From a virus (lineage: Duplodnaviria > Caudoviricetes): DNA of 30,986 bases. This document shows, piece by piece, positions 16,888 to 25,628 of the stretch. How positions within the stretch are numbered: position 1 is the first letter of the stretch; the number at the start of each line of letters is the position of its first letter. The stretch spans positions 1 through 30,986 of IMG/VR virus record IMGVR_UViG_3300017902_000317; one strand, given 5' to 3'. Both the position numbers and the translations under genes were made by a program. The notes under the pieces were generated by a model that did not search any database, was not told the DNA's origin, and was given only the letters and a program-made list of their open reading frames with translations.

Positions 16888-17777
16888 TGTCCACTCATAA
16901 TTTTATTGTCACTGGTGGGTGTGGTTTTATAGGTTCACACCTTACAGAAGCATTGATACTACATGAACAAAATGTTCTTGTTATTGATGACATGAGCAAA
17001 GGTAAATATAAGATACCCCACAAAAATGTGACGTATCTTCACCAAGATGTTGCGGATGTTTTTCCTACTGGTCAGTTTGATGCTATATTTCATCTGGCTG
17101 CGACTCCACGAGTAAGGATGTCTCAGGATCAACCTTACAACACAATCAAGAATAATGTTGATACCACTCTGACGGTATGTGAGTGGGCTAGACAGTTGCG
17201 GATACCTATATTTTTTGCCGCATCTTCTAGCACACAGTTCTCATCCAACAAGTCAAATCCATACACTTTCAGTAAAAGTATGTCAGAAGATATACTAGAT
17301 TTGTATTCAAGGCTTTACAGAGTCCACTATCATATGTTATACTTCTATAATGTATACGGGCCACGAGAATCAGACTACGGAGAATATAGCACCGTGGTAA
17401 GAGCTTTCAAAAAATGCGTTGAGAATGATGTTCCCCTCAGAGTATTTGGAAGTGGCAAAAAAGAAAGGGACTTCACTCACATATACGATGTAATTGACGG
17501 CATATTGAAACTGCTAAGTGAAAAAAAGAAACCCCAACACATTCATTTGGGTAGGGGCAATCCAACCAGTGTATTGGATGTTGCAAAAGCATTCGGTCAC
17601 CCAATGGTTCACGAGTTCGATAAGCAGGGCGAAGCTGAAATGACTTATTGTGAGAATCCGTTTTATGATTGTGAATATGATGTTGTTCGATATATCAAAG
17701 AATGGAAAGAAGAATTTCTTAGATCAACTGTGGAACAACAATTAAAAGAAGTGGATGAAAAACATGCCAAAATCTGA
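16887..17777 (+). CDS. NAD-dependent epimerase/dehydratase (extended SDR)
   Basis: TGGCGFIGSHL, FHLAA, YxxxK (YTFSK), NVYGP and RDFTHI motifs; GTG start. Confidence 0.92.
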   Translation: MSTHNFIVTGGCGFIGSHLTEALILHEQNVLVIDDMSKGKYKIPHKNVTYLHQDVADVFPTGQFDAIFHLAATPRVRMSQDQPYNTIKNNVDTTLTVCEWARQLRIPIFFAASSSTQFSSNKSNPYTFSKSMSEDILDLYSRLYRVHYHMLYFYNVYGPRESDYGEYSTVVRAFKKCVENDVPLRVFGSGKKERDFTHIYDVIDGILKLLSEKKKPQHIHLGRGNPTSVLDVAKAFGHPMVHEFDKQGEAEMTYCENPFYDCEYDVVRYIKEWKEEFLRSTVEQQLKEVDEKHAKI

Positions 17778-18039
17778 AAAAGAAAAAGTATCGTCTGATG
17801 AGTTCTTGATAACGAATCAACAATTTTCCAGTGCTACGGAGTTCTCTCAGCACATAGAACGCAAAGCAAGTATAGGACAAAACTATATTGATGTCTTGAC
17901 CGACTACTGTGTTCGTAATGAGGTAGAGATTGAAAGTGTCAAGAAATTATTGACCCCATCGCTCAAGGAGAAGATTGCCGCTGAGGCGCAGAATCTAAAT
18001 CTGTTGAAAGTCAAGGCTGCACCTAAACTGCCGATATGA
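17764..18039 (+). CDS. gp33: T4 gp33-like late transcription coactivator
   Basis: FSQHIE...YIDVLTDYC..NEVEIE.VKKLLTPSLKEKI..EAQNLNLL, and 33-59-32 synteny. The start could also be 17755. Confidence 0.88.
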   Translation: MPKSEKEKVSSDEFLITNQQFSSATEFSQHIERKASIGQNYIDVLTDYCVRNEVEIESVKKLLTPSLKEKIAAEAQNLNLLKVKAAPKLPI

Positions 18040-18638
18040 TAGAACCCTTTGAGGTCTACCGTCTTTATCTTGCGATCAAATTACACTTCACAACTAAGAA
18101 CTATGATATCGTAAAATACCGATTCAAGGTTCGGGTGAAGGAAGAAACTTTTCGCAAACGTAAAGACATGGTATCAATCAAGAAACTTGCTCGGGACTAC
18201 TCTCGTGACGAGATCATAAACTTCCTTGTTGCCAACTTTGTGTCTGGTGAGAAGTGGGGTGGACTTTTTGATGTCGATGCAGCCAGACGATATGAAGAAT
18301 GGCAGAACAGGAAAGTCAAACGAGAATACCAGTTTAAACAGGATGTTGATAGAATAATCCTTGAGATGGAAAAAGAAAACATTATCAATCCATTTGTCGA
18401 AAAAAATTCAAAACACCCCTTGACATTTAGGTTGTTCTTTGGTAATATTATTAATATAGAGACAATGACAATATTAGATAAGATATTTGATTTTGTCGAT
18501 ACGAATACAAATGACATACTACTGGAAGACGCTTGTATGTGTATACAGAAGTATCGTCCGTTTGTAAAGGTGACAGACAAAATGATGTCTGTTTCAGACC
18601 AACTCAAAAGTGTTATAAATAGGAAGATACATCAATGA
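18036..18638 (+). CDS. gp59: T4 gp59-like helicase loader
   Basis: FEVYRLYLAIKLHFT..NYD..KY, FLVANF, IETMTILD and KYRPF motifs; synteny. Confidence 0.92.
   Translation: MIEPFEVYRLYLAIKLHFTTKNYDIVKYRFKVRVKEETFRKRKDMVSIKKLARDYSRDEIINFLVANFVSGEKWGGLFDVDAARRYEEWQNRKVKREYQFKQDVDRIILEMEKENIINPFVEKNSKHPLTFRLFFGNIINIETMTILDKIFDFVDTNTNDILLEDACMCIQKYRPFVKVTDKMMSVSDQLKSVINRKIHQ
18614..18621 (+). promoter_or_regulatory. T4 late promoter
   Basis: Perfect TATAAATA, 13 nt upstream of ATG 18635. Confidence 0.6.
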
Positions 18639-18820
18639 GTAAGTCAAATAACTCCAGACGGTCTAACCAGAAGGAGCGTATGCGTAGAGTCGGGGAAGAC
18701 AAAACACGGCTTGACAAATACAAACATTTGTTGTATGATGAAGATGTATATGATAGTGATGAGTTTCAACAATCACTAACTGCAAAATCAAAAATACACA
18801 GTAAAATTAAACCCGAATAA
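18635..18820 (+). CDS. Small hypothetical protein
   Basis: 61-aa ORF with an AGGA RBS and an ATGA overlap with gene 59. Confidence 0.55.
   Translation: MSKSNNSRRSNQKERMRRVGEDKTRLDKYKHLLYDEDVYDSDEFQQSLTAKSKIHSKIKPE
18711..18739 (+). promoter_or_regulatory. Sigma70-type promoter for gene 32
   Basis: TTGACA at 18711-18716, 17-nt spacer, TATGAT at 18734-18739. Confidence 0.7.
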
Positions 18821-18842
18821 ATTGCAAATAAAGGAGCATAAT

Positions 18843-19748
18843 ATGTCTGCAAATTCTCTCTCTGAACTCCGTAAGAGTCGTGGCAACTTTGATACTTTGC
18901 TTAAGCAAGTAGAGAAGATGTCAACCACCACTACAGAATCCAATGATACCGGCAAAGAGTGGAAACTCTCTGTTGATAAGGCTGGAAATGGTTCTGCCGT
19001 AATTCGTTTCCTTCCCCCTTCCAAGGGTGAGGAGTCTTATTGGGTGCGTCTTTGGACACACGGTTTCCAAGGCCCCACTGGTAAGTGGTATATCGAAAAC
19101 TCTCTTACTACTCTGAACCAACCTGATCCCGTTTCGGAACTGAACACTCAGCTCTGGAATACAGGTGCGGATGCTGATAAGGAGACCGCTCGTAAACAGA
19201 AGCGCCGTCTTTCTTATTACTCTAACATTCTTGTTGTGAGTGATCCTGCCAACCCAGAAAACGAAGGTAAAGTTTTCTTGTATCGGTATGGTCAGAAAAT
19301 CTTTGAAATGATTCAAGATGTAATCAAACCAGAACTGCCAACAGAAGACCCGATCAATCCTTTTGATCCGTGGGAAGGTGTTGACTTTGCACTGGTTGCT
19401 AGGAATGTCGCTGGTTATCGTAACTACGACAAGTCTAAGTTTGGTTCCAAGGTTCGTCCTATTGCCGACTCAGATGAAGCGATTGATGAACTCTGGGGGC
19501 AACAACAGTCCCTTAATGAGATCGTTGATCCTAGTCAGTTCAAATCTTATGATGAACTCAAAGCAAAACTTGAAATGGTTTTGAAGGGTAGTGTTGCGGC
19601 GATCACGCCTGCTTCTGCTCAAACTGGTGATGTCGAGGATGATATCTTTATCAATGAGTCTACTGCAACTCCCGAAACTACTGTTGCAGCTGATTCTGGA
19701 GATGACGAAGATGCAATGTCTTACTTCTCCCGACTTGCTGATGACTAA
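18843..19748 (+). CDS. gp32: T4 gp32-like single-stranded DNA-binding protein
   Basis: WKLSVDKAGNGSAVIRFLP, HGFQGPTGKWYIENSLTT, NPENEGKVFLY and YRNYDKSKF motifs, plus an acidic tail. AAGGAG RBS before ATG 18843. Confidence 0.97.
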   Translation: MSANSLSELRKSRGNFDTLLKQVEKMSTTTTESNDTGKEWKLSVDKAGNGSAVIRFLPPSKGEESYWVRLWTHGFQGPTGKWYIENSLTTLNQPDPVSELNTQLWNTGADADKETARKQKRRLSYYSNILVVSDPANPENEGKVFLYRYGQKIFEMIQDVIKPELPTEDPINPFDPWEGVDFALVARNVAGYRNYDKSKFGSKVRPIADSDEAIDELWGQQQSLNEIVDPSQFKSYDELKAKLEMVLKGSVAAITPASAQTGDVEDDIFINESTATPETTVAADSGDDEDAMSYFSRLADD

Positions 19749-19767
19749 AACATTTTAGTCTTTACAG

Positions 19768-19798
19768 AGGGCGCCATAAATAGTGGCGCCCTTTTTTT
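19768..19798 (+). terminator. Intrinsic terminator after gene 32
   Basis: AGGGCGCCA-TAAATAG-TGGCGCCCT hairpin followed by a T run. Confidence 0.88.
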
Positions 19799-19814
19799 AT
19801 CTATAATATGATTC

Positions 19815-21344
19815 ATGCAAGGTTTAATTTTTGGCGGACAGCTTGAGGACTTGGGATTAGAATTTGATCCCTCGTTGGTCAGTATTCGTAGGTCATCTGG
19901 TGGACATAAAATCGCCACTTTTCTCAGAAGACACGGTTACGATATTGATGTCGTTGACTATGTTCACAGGTGGGACATAGAACAACTTAAAGCATTCATT
20001 GAATATAAGGTCACCGATGACTGTCTATTCTTTGGATTTGGTTCGACATTCTTTCTAAACACACCCACCGTTCTTGAATTAGTAAAATGGTTGAAGGAAC
20101 GGTATCCACATATACCCCTTGTTGCAGGCAGTCAGAACCACTCCATGATGGAATTAAAAATGGATTGGTATATCTATGGGTATGGAGAAAATGCCATACT
20201 TGCCTTGTTAGATCATTTCAAGGGTGGCCCAGAACCTATCCACAGTGGCAGAATGATAAACTGCTACGTCAACTACAAATCTTTTCCACAAGACGATCTT
20301 ACAGTATCCTACCGTGATGATGATTTCATACAACCAAGAGAAATACTGTTACTAGAGTTTGCTCGTGGTTGTAAGTTCAAATGTAAGTTCTGTAGTTTTC
20401 CTGTCCTTGGAGTCAAGGGCGATTACTCACGCACCGCACAGAGCGTCTATGATGAGATGTTGCGTAATTACGACAGGTGGGGAACGGAACATTATATTGT
20501 CCTAGATGAAACGTTCAATGATAGTAGTGAGAAGATTGAGAAGTTTGCCAGTGTCATAGAGAAACTGCCGTTCACACCAAAGATGACGGCGTATATTCGT
20601 GCAGACTTGATTACTACCAGAAAAAAAGATTGGGACAATCTGATCAAGATGGGTATCACCTCGCACTTTTATGGTGTCGAGTCGTTGAACCACAAGGCTG
20701 CCAAGTCTATCGGCAAGGGTATGGACAGTGGTAGGATCAAAGAGGGGTTGTTGGAAGTTGATGAATACTTTCGTAGTGCCGGACACTACAAAGGACATAT
20801 CTCTCTTATTGCTGGTCTGCCACACGAGACTGTGGACAGTCTCAGGGACACTGGCAAGTGGTTATCGTCTTATTGGAATCAAAACAGTTATCATATGAAT
20901 GTGTTGATGATAAAAGACTTAGAGAGAAATACAGAAACGTTGAACCACAATTCAGAGTTTGATAAGAACTGGTTTGATTATGGATATCGTAGGGACATCA
21001 TTCCACTGGATGATATTGATTGGTCAAAGAGTAGAAATCCATATTACAAAACGTTATATGATTATGTTCGATCTACTGGATACTATTTGTTCTGGAGAAA
21101 TGAACACACAAACCTACAGGAAGTGATGAGATTTTGTGCAGAGGAGTTCAGTGAGTATCAGGCAAAGAATCTAATTGATCCTTTCATGTATGATAAGTTT
21201 TTTATTGATCCAGAAGTTCAGTGGTCAGACTTTGCAACTAAAGTTCATATGGAAAGAAGAACGGATCACATTCTCAATCACATTGATAATTACATAGAAA
21301 AGAAATTAGACCAAGTGTTTAACGTTGCTGTTGATAAACAATAG
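19815..21344 (+). CDS. Cobalamin(B12)-binding-domain radical SAM protein
   Basis: LEFARGCKFKCKFC, DETFN, GVES and IAGLPHET motifs; N-terminal G..KIATFLR..GYD.DV.D and GYGE motifs of the B12-binding domain. Confidence 0.88.
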   Translation: MQGLIFGGQLEDLGLEFDPSLVSIRRSSGGHKIATFLRRHGYDIDVVDYVHRWDIEQLKAFIEYKVTDDCLFFGFGSTFFLNTPTVLELVKWLKERYPHIPLVAGSQNHSMMELKMDWYIYGYGENAILALLDHFKGGPEPIHSGRMINCYVNYKSFPQDDLTVSYRDDDFIQPREILLLEFARGCKFKCKFCSFPVLGVKGDYSRTAQSVYDEMLRNYDRWGTEHYIVLDETFNDSSEKIEKFASVIEKLPFTPKMTAYIRADLITTRKKDWDNLIKMGITSHFYGVESLNHKAAKSIGKGMDSGRIKEGLLEVDEYFRSAGHYKGHISLIAGLPHETVDSLRDTGKWLSSYWNQNSYHMNVLMIKDLERNTETLNHNSEFDKNWFDYGYRRDIIPLDDIDWSKSRNPYYKTLYDYVRSTGYYLFWRNEHTNLQEVMRFCAEEFSEYQAKNLIDPFMYDKFFIDPEVQWSDFATKVHMERRTDHILNHIDNYIEKKLDQVFNVAVDKQ

Positions 21345-23048
21345 TTCTGCGTTGTTGTTTGGTAATGAAGTCTTTGGTGTAGTAACGTTTACACTTACCT
21401 CTGGTTGATATGGTAAAGTATTGTTTGATGCTCCAACCGCACCGGCCAGTGCTTGTGTCAACACTATCTGATCAGATTCTTTTTCCAGACTCGTGATATT
21501 TGCACTTGCGTCTTCAACTTCCACAGAATTATTCATTGCTACTGGTGGGATTGCATTTAGAGCTGTTGTTGCTTCATTCTGTGCGATTACTGGATCAACT
21601 TGAACACCAGCCTGCATAACACCACCAGTTTCCATGGCGATTTGACTTGCCCCTTCTGCTGTAGGTGCGGAACCTGTTACTTGTCCTGTAACGGGGTCAT
21701 TTATGACCCGCCCCCGCCGGTCTCGGCGAACAGGGGTCTCTGTGACTGCCTCTATTGCCTCTGCACTGTTCCCGCCATCATCACCAGTAACTAATTTTGC
21801 CATTGCCTCTGTTGCCATTGCAGTTATCTGTGCCATTCTAGCACTTACTTGATCACCTGTTAGTCCGCCTGGCTCATCTTCTGGGAATACGTCATATACA
21901 TCTTTGTAAACATCTCTTACCAATGAGGCAACGTCCATACCCACACCAGCGAAAGGAATCGCACCACCCAATTCCATCATCGCACCCGTCATGTCACCTT
22001 TAATCATTTTCTCCGTGGCAAAATACATATTAAATAGTTCACCGACAAAGGGCAGAGCTTTTGCTGCTCCAGTTCCAATGTGTTTTGCGATAGATGATGA
22101 TATTTTCGCAGCAACACCAGCAGTGGCTTCTCCACCCTCTCTCAATACTTTTGCTTCTGCTTTTTGTAGAGCCTCCATAGAGTTTCTTGCAGCGTCAGCT
22201 GCAGCACCATGAATTTCTTGTCCTGCTTTGTTGATCGCTCTGTTACCCTCAAATCTTACTCCGCCCGTGCTAGTCTGAACCGCACTTCTAGCCATTCTGT
22301 CTGCCGCTTTATCCGCTGACGATTCAATGATTCTGGCGGCACCCTTCTCTCCTACTGTTCCTACTACTGATCCAGTAATTTTCGCACCGGCAGTTAATGC
22401 CGTATCTGATAATTCATCGCCAATGATGGCATCAAATCTTTCTTGTGATCCTGCTTCTGTTGCTTCTTTAATCTCTGCTTCTGTTCGTTCTTCTTCCTCT
22501 GCACCCTCTCCTGCCACTCTCATCCCTTGTAGAGCAAGCAGTCCAGCACCCAATCCCGCCAAAGCTTTTCCAAGTCCACTGCCCATCATGTCACCCATAC
22601 CTTGAGATGGTCTGGCAAACATTGATGCTAATGCTGCTTGATTTGCTGCTTCTGGTTGTTTGGAACCGATACCTGATACAAAATTTGCGGTGTCACCTTT
22701 GATTGATACAAGAACTCTTTCGATGTCTTGGAGTTGTCTTACTACGGGATCGGAACTATCTGCATCTGATAATGCTGATGTCGCTCCAGCTGCACTGGTC
22801 ATGTTGTTTTGTCCGCCAGTTGCCATGAATCCCATCGCAGTGTCACCGCCGCCGGCAGATGCTCCTTGCATTTCCTGTCCAGCATTAGCGAATAGGTTTC
22901 CTAGTCCAAACCCAACTGCGCCTCCGAGAAGACCTCCTCCACCACCTCTCTTTGTCATGGGTTTTGCCGCTCGAGCACCTCGAGCGCTTTTAGCTCCTCT
23001 AGCAGCTCTACCGCCTCCCATGAACATTCTTGCTAGCATTGGTAACAT
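21306..23048 (-). CDS. Ala/Gly-rich virion protein, putative tape measure/tail-length determinant (gp29-like)
   Basis: 580-aa Ala/Gly-rich ORF with KALPFVG...KGDMTGA.ME...AIPFAG segments, directly downstream of genes 26/51. The function is inferred. Confidence 0.6.
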   Translation of the reverse strand: MLPMLARMFMGGGRAARGAKSARGARAAKPMTKRGGGGGLLGGAVGFGLGNLFANAGQEMQGASAGGGDTAMGFMATGGQNNMTSAAGATSALSDADSSDPVVRQLQDIERVLVSIKGDTANFVSGIGSKQPEAANQAALASMFARPSQGMGDMMGSGLGKALAGLGAGLLALQGMRVAGEGAEEEERTEAEIKEATEAGSQERFDAIIGDELSDTALTAGAKITGSVVGTVGEKGAARIIESSADKAADRMARSAVQTSTGGVRFEGNRAINKAGQEIHGAAADAARNSMEALQKAEAKVLREGGEATAGVAAKISSSIAKHIGTGAAKALPFVGELFNMYFATEKMIKGDMTGAMMELGGAIPFAGVGMDVASLVRDVYKDVYDVFPEDEPGGLTGDQVSARMAQITAMATEAMAKLVTGDDGGNSAEAIEAVTETPVRRDRRGRVINDPVTGQVTGSAPTAEGASQIAMETGGVMQAGVQVDPVIAQNEATTALNAIPPVAMNNSVEVEDASANITSLEKESDQIVLTQALAGAVGASNNTLPYQPEVSVNVTTPKTSLPNNNAELLFINSNVKHLV

Positions 23049-23239
23049 TATTTTTGTCCTTGTTTCATCTTGTCAGCTTTTTTCTTTAGATGTTGAACCA
23101 ACATGGATATGTAAACCGTCCTCTCCCATGGCATCCAATTTTCAATCTCTGTTAAACTGTATTTATGTTCTTGCATTAATAAAAAGTTAGTTTTAAAATA
23201 GTTTTGCAGAGATTCATGGAAGAGGCTTACACGAAAAAA
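23048..23239 (-). CDS. gp51: gp51-like baseplate hub assembly domain, probably reached by -1 frameshift from gene 26 (first in-frame ATG at 23176)
   Basis: LFHESLQNYFKTNFLLMQEHKYSLTEIENWMPWER.VY..ML is the motif annotated gp51 in marine T4-like phages. Confidence 0.8.
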   Translation of the reverse strand, partial: FFRVSLFHESLQNYFKTNFLLMQEHKYSLTEIENWMPWERTVYISMLVQHLKKKADKMKQGQK

Positions 23240-23928
23240 TCCAGATACCCATTCATAAATGCGTAATTGATCTTTCCACACTTCTTACACTGGAACTCTA
23301 TTGTATGTTCCATGACAGGCATAGTCTCAAAGAAGTTTCTGATATTCTCAAAAGCATCTGAGGTCAGGTTTTCGATAAACTCCAATCTTTCTTCAAAACT
23401 GGTTTCCTCAGAACTGTATACCGCATCCTCCATGTAAATCTTGTCAATACATTTCGCAGCAGTAGAATATATTTCTGCGTGAGTCTTTGTTCCAGCGATC
23501 TCTTTCAATTCCTCTGTCCGAGGATATCTCATTTCAATTGATAATCCCTCAGTGAGTTGTATTGTCGGTGAGTGTGACTCATCTTCTTTCAACTCAAAGT
23601 TATTAAGGTCAATTAAAACAGTTGCCTTTTCGTCACACTCTCCGCATCTAAACACTGCTTCAACCGAATCACCGACTGACATTTTTCTCAGTTCGATGAA
23701 AATGTTTTGCATGTCGAAGATTGGAATCTTGTCACCTTCAACTTTACCGAAAGAACAGTTGGTCACAATTTGTTGTGACGCTTTTACCATGTCTTCCGCT
23801 TCGCCCGATTCTGCTGCTAAAACTAACAGTTTTTCTTCTTTCACTAAGAAAGGTCTGAACTCGACCTTTTCCTTCAAGGAGTGGACGTATATCTCACTTA
23901 AAGGATATTCTGTAATAGGTAGTCCCAT
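23227..23928 (-). CDS. gp26: T4 gp26-like baseplate hub subunit/assembly chaperone
   Basis: FRPFLVKEEKLL, FD...IF..LR..SVG, two CxxC motifs, MRYP, FFETMP and terminal DFF. Confidence 0.9.
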   Translation of the reverse strand: MGLPITEYPLSEIYVHSLKEKVEFRPFLVKEEKLLVLAAESGEAEDMVKASQQIVTNCSFGKVEGDKIPIFDMQNIFIELRKMSVGDSVEAVFRCGECDEKATVLIDLNNFELKEDESHSPTIQLTEGLSIEMRYPRTEELKEIAGTKTHAEIYSTAAKCIDKIYMEDAVYSSEETSFEERLEFIENLTSDAFENIRNFFETMPVMEHTIEFQCKKCGKINYAFMNGYLDFFV

Positions 23929-23943
23929 AATTAAACTCCATAG

Positions 23944-24573
23944 TTATTGAATTTTTCTTCCCACATCTTTTCTTATAAAGTCACCAAGGACTGACGAAAC
24001 ACTCTTGCCTTTGCGTAAATCTCTGACAAAATTACCGAGGGTGCCTGGCCCTGTTGATGATGCTTCCCAACTTCTGTATGAGAATGTTACTGCAACTCTT
24101 ACAATACCATCTCCACCTTGTGCCACTGGCGTGATGTTTAACAATCGTGGGAACGCTTCTTTCAACGTCCATCTCTTTGCACGATCCTCTTGTTTGTCCA
24201 ATGCAATAACATCAACTTCTCCACGACCAATTGTTTCATCGTAGAATCTAGGTTCTTTTGTTTGTGGGTTGACTACAGTTTGCATCCAATCTTCAAAGTA
24301 TGCTCTTACATCCCAATCGGTGTCACAGTAAAAAGTAAATGCAGCGGACTCGCCAAAGAACTCTATGCCATGCACTCTGTTTTCTGTCCACATACCGATC
24401 TTTGTCGGTGACCACAATGCTTGTAAGCCTGGTATTGTTGCTTCTTCAACCAACATTGATGGCAGTCGATCATTGCCTATGGGACTCTTTAATTGTATCT
24501 CAAATCTATTTGAGAACGCCAGGCCATTACCTCTGACTTGACCGAGAAAGTCACTTACACTAAAATAAGCCAT
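23944..24573 (-). CDS. gp54: Baseplate-tail tube initiator (gp54-like, tail tube fold)
   Basis: NRFEI, EEATIPG, FTFY.D.....R.YFEDW, L.EAFP and VTFSYRSW motifs; synteny. Confidence 0.78.
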   Translation of the reverse strand: MAYFSVSDFLGQVRGNGLAFSNRFEIQLKSPIGNDRLPSMLVEEATIPGLQALWSPTKIGMWTENRVHGIEFFGESAAFTFYCDTDWDVRAYFEDWMQTVVNPQTKEPRFYDETIGRGEVDVIALDKQEDRAKRWTLKEAFPRLLNITPVAQGGDGIVRVAVTFSYRSWEASSTGPGTLGNFVRDLRKGKSVSSVLGDFIRKDVGRKIQ

Positions 24574-25142
24574 TACATCATGCTCCTAGAATCTGAAAAT
24601 ACAGTTCCTTTATTTGTGTTGAAATCTTCTACTGGTAAAAATATTGCCGCCTTCCAATCTTCTGGGTTTATCTTATGAAACCCGCTGCGAAGTTGTGAGG
24701 TCAGATATCTTTTTACACATGGTTTGACTTCTGGAAATCTTGCAGCACTACTCAACAAGTCCCAATTGTATTGCATTTGAGATTGCGAGGTGATTGCTTG
24801 ATCATCTAGTGTCTCTAGTAGTTTTCCTAGTAGTCTTGCCCTTAAAAGATATGGAAGATAATGTAAGTTCATTCCCCAAAATCCATCGTTTGTTGGTTCA
24901 AACGGTAGACATAAAGGGAACGCATCAAAGTATGGCAGTCTGTTTTTATGTTTAGCATCATATCTAAACAAATACATAGAACCAATTTCGTATATCGGCA
25001 CCCTTGTTGTTATGCTGGACGCCATTGCACTGCGAGGATTATTTATCCCCCCAGCAACGTTGCGAACTTGATTCATATACCAGTTGAACGATTTTTGTCC
25101 CTGATTAGAATCCGCTCTGATTTGTTCAAATGGATTTGCCAT
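24573..25142 (-). CDS. gp2: T4 gp2-like DNA end protector protein
   Basis: GSMYLFRYDAKHK..LPYFD.FPL, GFWGMNLHYLP, KPCVKRYL and W..AIFLPVE.F motifs. Confidence 0.92.
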   Translation of the reverse strand: MANPFEQIRADSNQGQKSFNWYMNQVRNVAGGINNPRSAMASSITTRVPIYEIGSMYLFRYDAKHKNRLPYFDAFPLCLPFEPTNDGFWGMNLHYLPYLLRARLLGKLLETLDDQAITSQSQMQYNWDLLSSAARFPEVKPCVKRYLTSQLRSGFHKINPEDWKAAIFLPVEDFNTNKGTVFSDSRSMM

Positions 25143-25146
25143 GGGA

Positions 25147-25587
25147 CTATTTATAATAGATACCGAGCTCCTTCTCAGTAATTATTTTGAACATCCATCC
25201 TCTGTCCTCACAAAATTCTTGTGCGGATTTCCATTTCGCTTCGTTGATTCCCCATTGAGCAACTTCTTGTAAATACTTCTTTGTCTTTTTTTTTTTTTTT
25301 TTGGGTTTGGTGAACCTTGATGGTTTCGCTTCTATGAGATATGTCCCACCTCTGGTTTTCAAGTAGAAGTCTACATAGTATCTGTGTATTCTTCTGTCGA
25401 TTGGTGATCTATAAGGTATCACCACAGACTCCGATGACCACTCAAAAACATCCTCATTCAAGTCGGCCCAATTCATAAATTTCAGTTCGTATCCCGATCT
25501 GTAAATTATCTCTTGAACGTTCCCTTTATATTTTGCAGGATTTTTAGGAATAAATCGTCCTTGGTGTAAATCTTTTCTATAAGGCAT
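25147..25587 (-). CDS. gp4: T4 gp4-like head completion nuclease (TnsA-like)
   Basis: F.PKNP.KYKG....IIYRS..E, WSSE...IPY.SP.D...HRYYVDF, IEAKP, NEAKW and F.IITEKEL motifs. Confidence 0.93.
   Translation of the reverse strand: MPYRKDLHQGRFIPKNPAKYKGNVQEIIYRSGYELKFMNWADLNEDVFEWSSESVVIPYRSPIDRRIHRYYVDFYLKTRGGTYLIEAKPSRFTKPKKKKKKTKKYLQEVAQWGINEAKWKSAQEFCEDRGWMFKIITEKELGIYYK
25148..25155 (-). promoter_or_regulatory. T4 late promoter for gene 2
   Basis: TATAAATA on the minus strand, 5 nt upstream of the gene 2 ATG. Confidence 0.7.
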
Positions 25588-25620
25588 ATAAATAGTCCAA
25601 TAATAACAATACTATTTAGG
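25587..25620. promoter_or_regulatory. Divergent late promoters between genes 4 and 48
   Basis: TATAAATA on + at 25587-25594 (toward gene 48); variant CCTAAATA on - at 25620-25613 (toward gene 4). Confidence 0.7.
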
Positions 25621-25628
25621 GTAAAGTA

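Noticed and set aside
21706-21740. GC-rich hairpin-like stretch in the putative tape measure gene
   Set aside because: Short stem, no U-tract, and explained by Arg/Pro codons (TPVRRDRRGRV).
22660-23190. 176-aa plus-strand ORF and other antisense ORFs in the track
   Set aside because: They lie opposite well-supported genes, lack recognisable motifs, and reflect codon bias of the sense strand.
23240-23281. GTG start at 23281 for gp51
   Set aside because: The N-terminal MWKDQLRIYEW lies within gene 26 and shows no gp51-like character. A frameshift or ATG 23176 is more plausible.
25147-25587. TnsA-like endonuclease as a transposon
   Set aside because: Motifs and synteny with genes 2, 48 and 53 identify it as the gp4 head completion protein.
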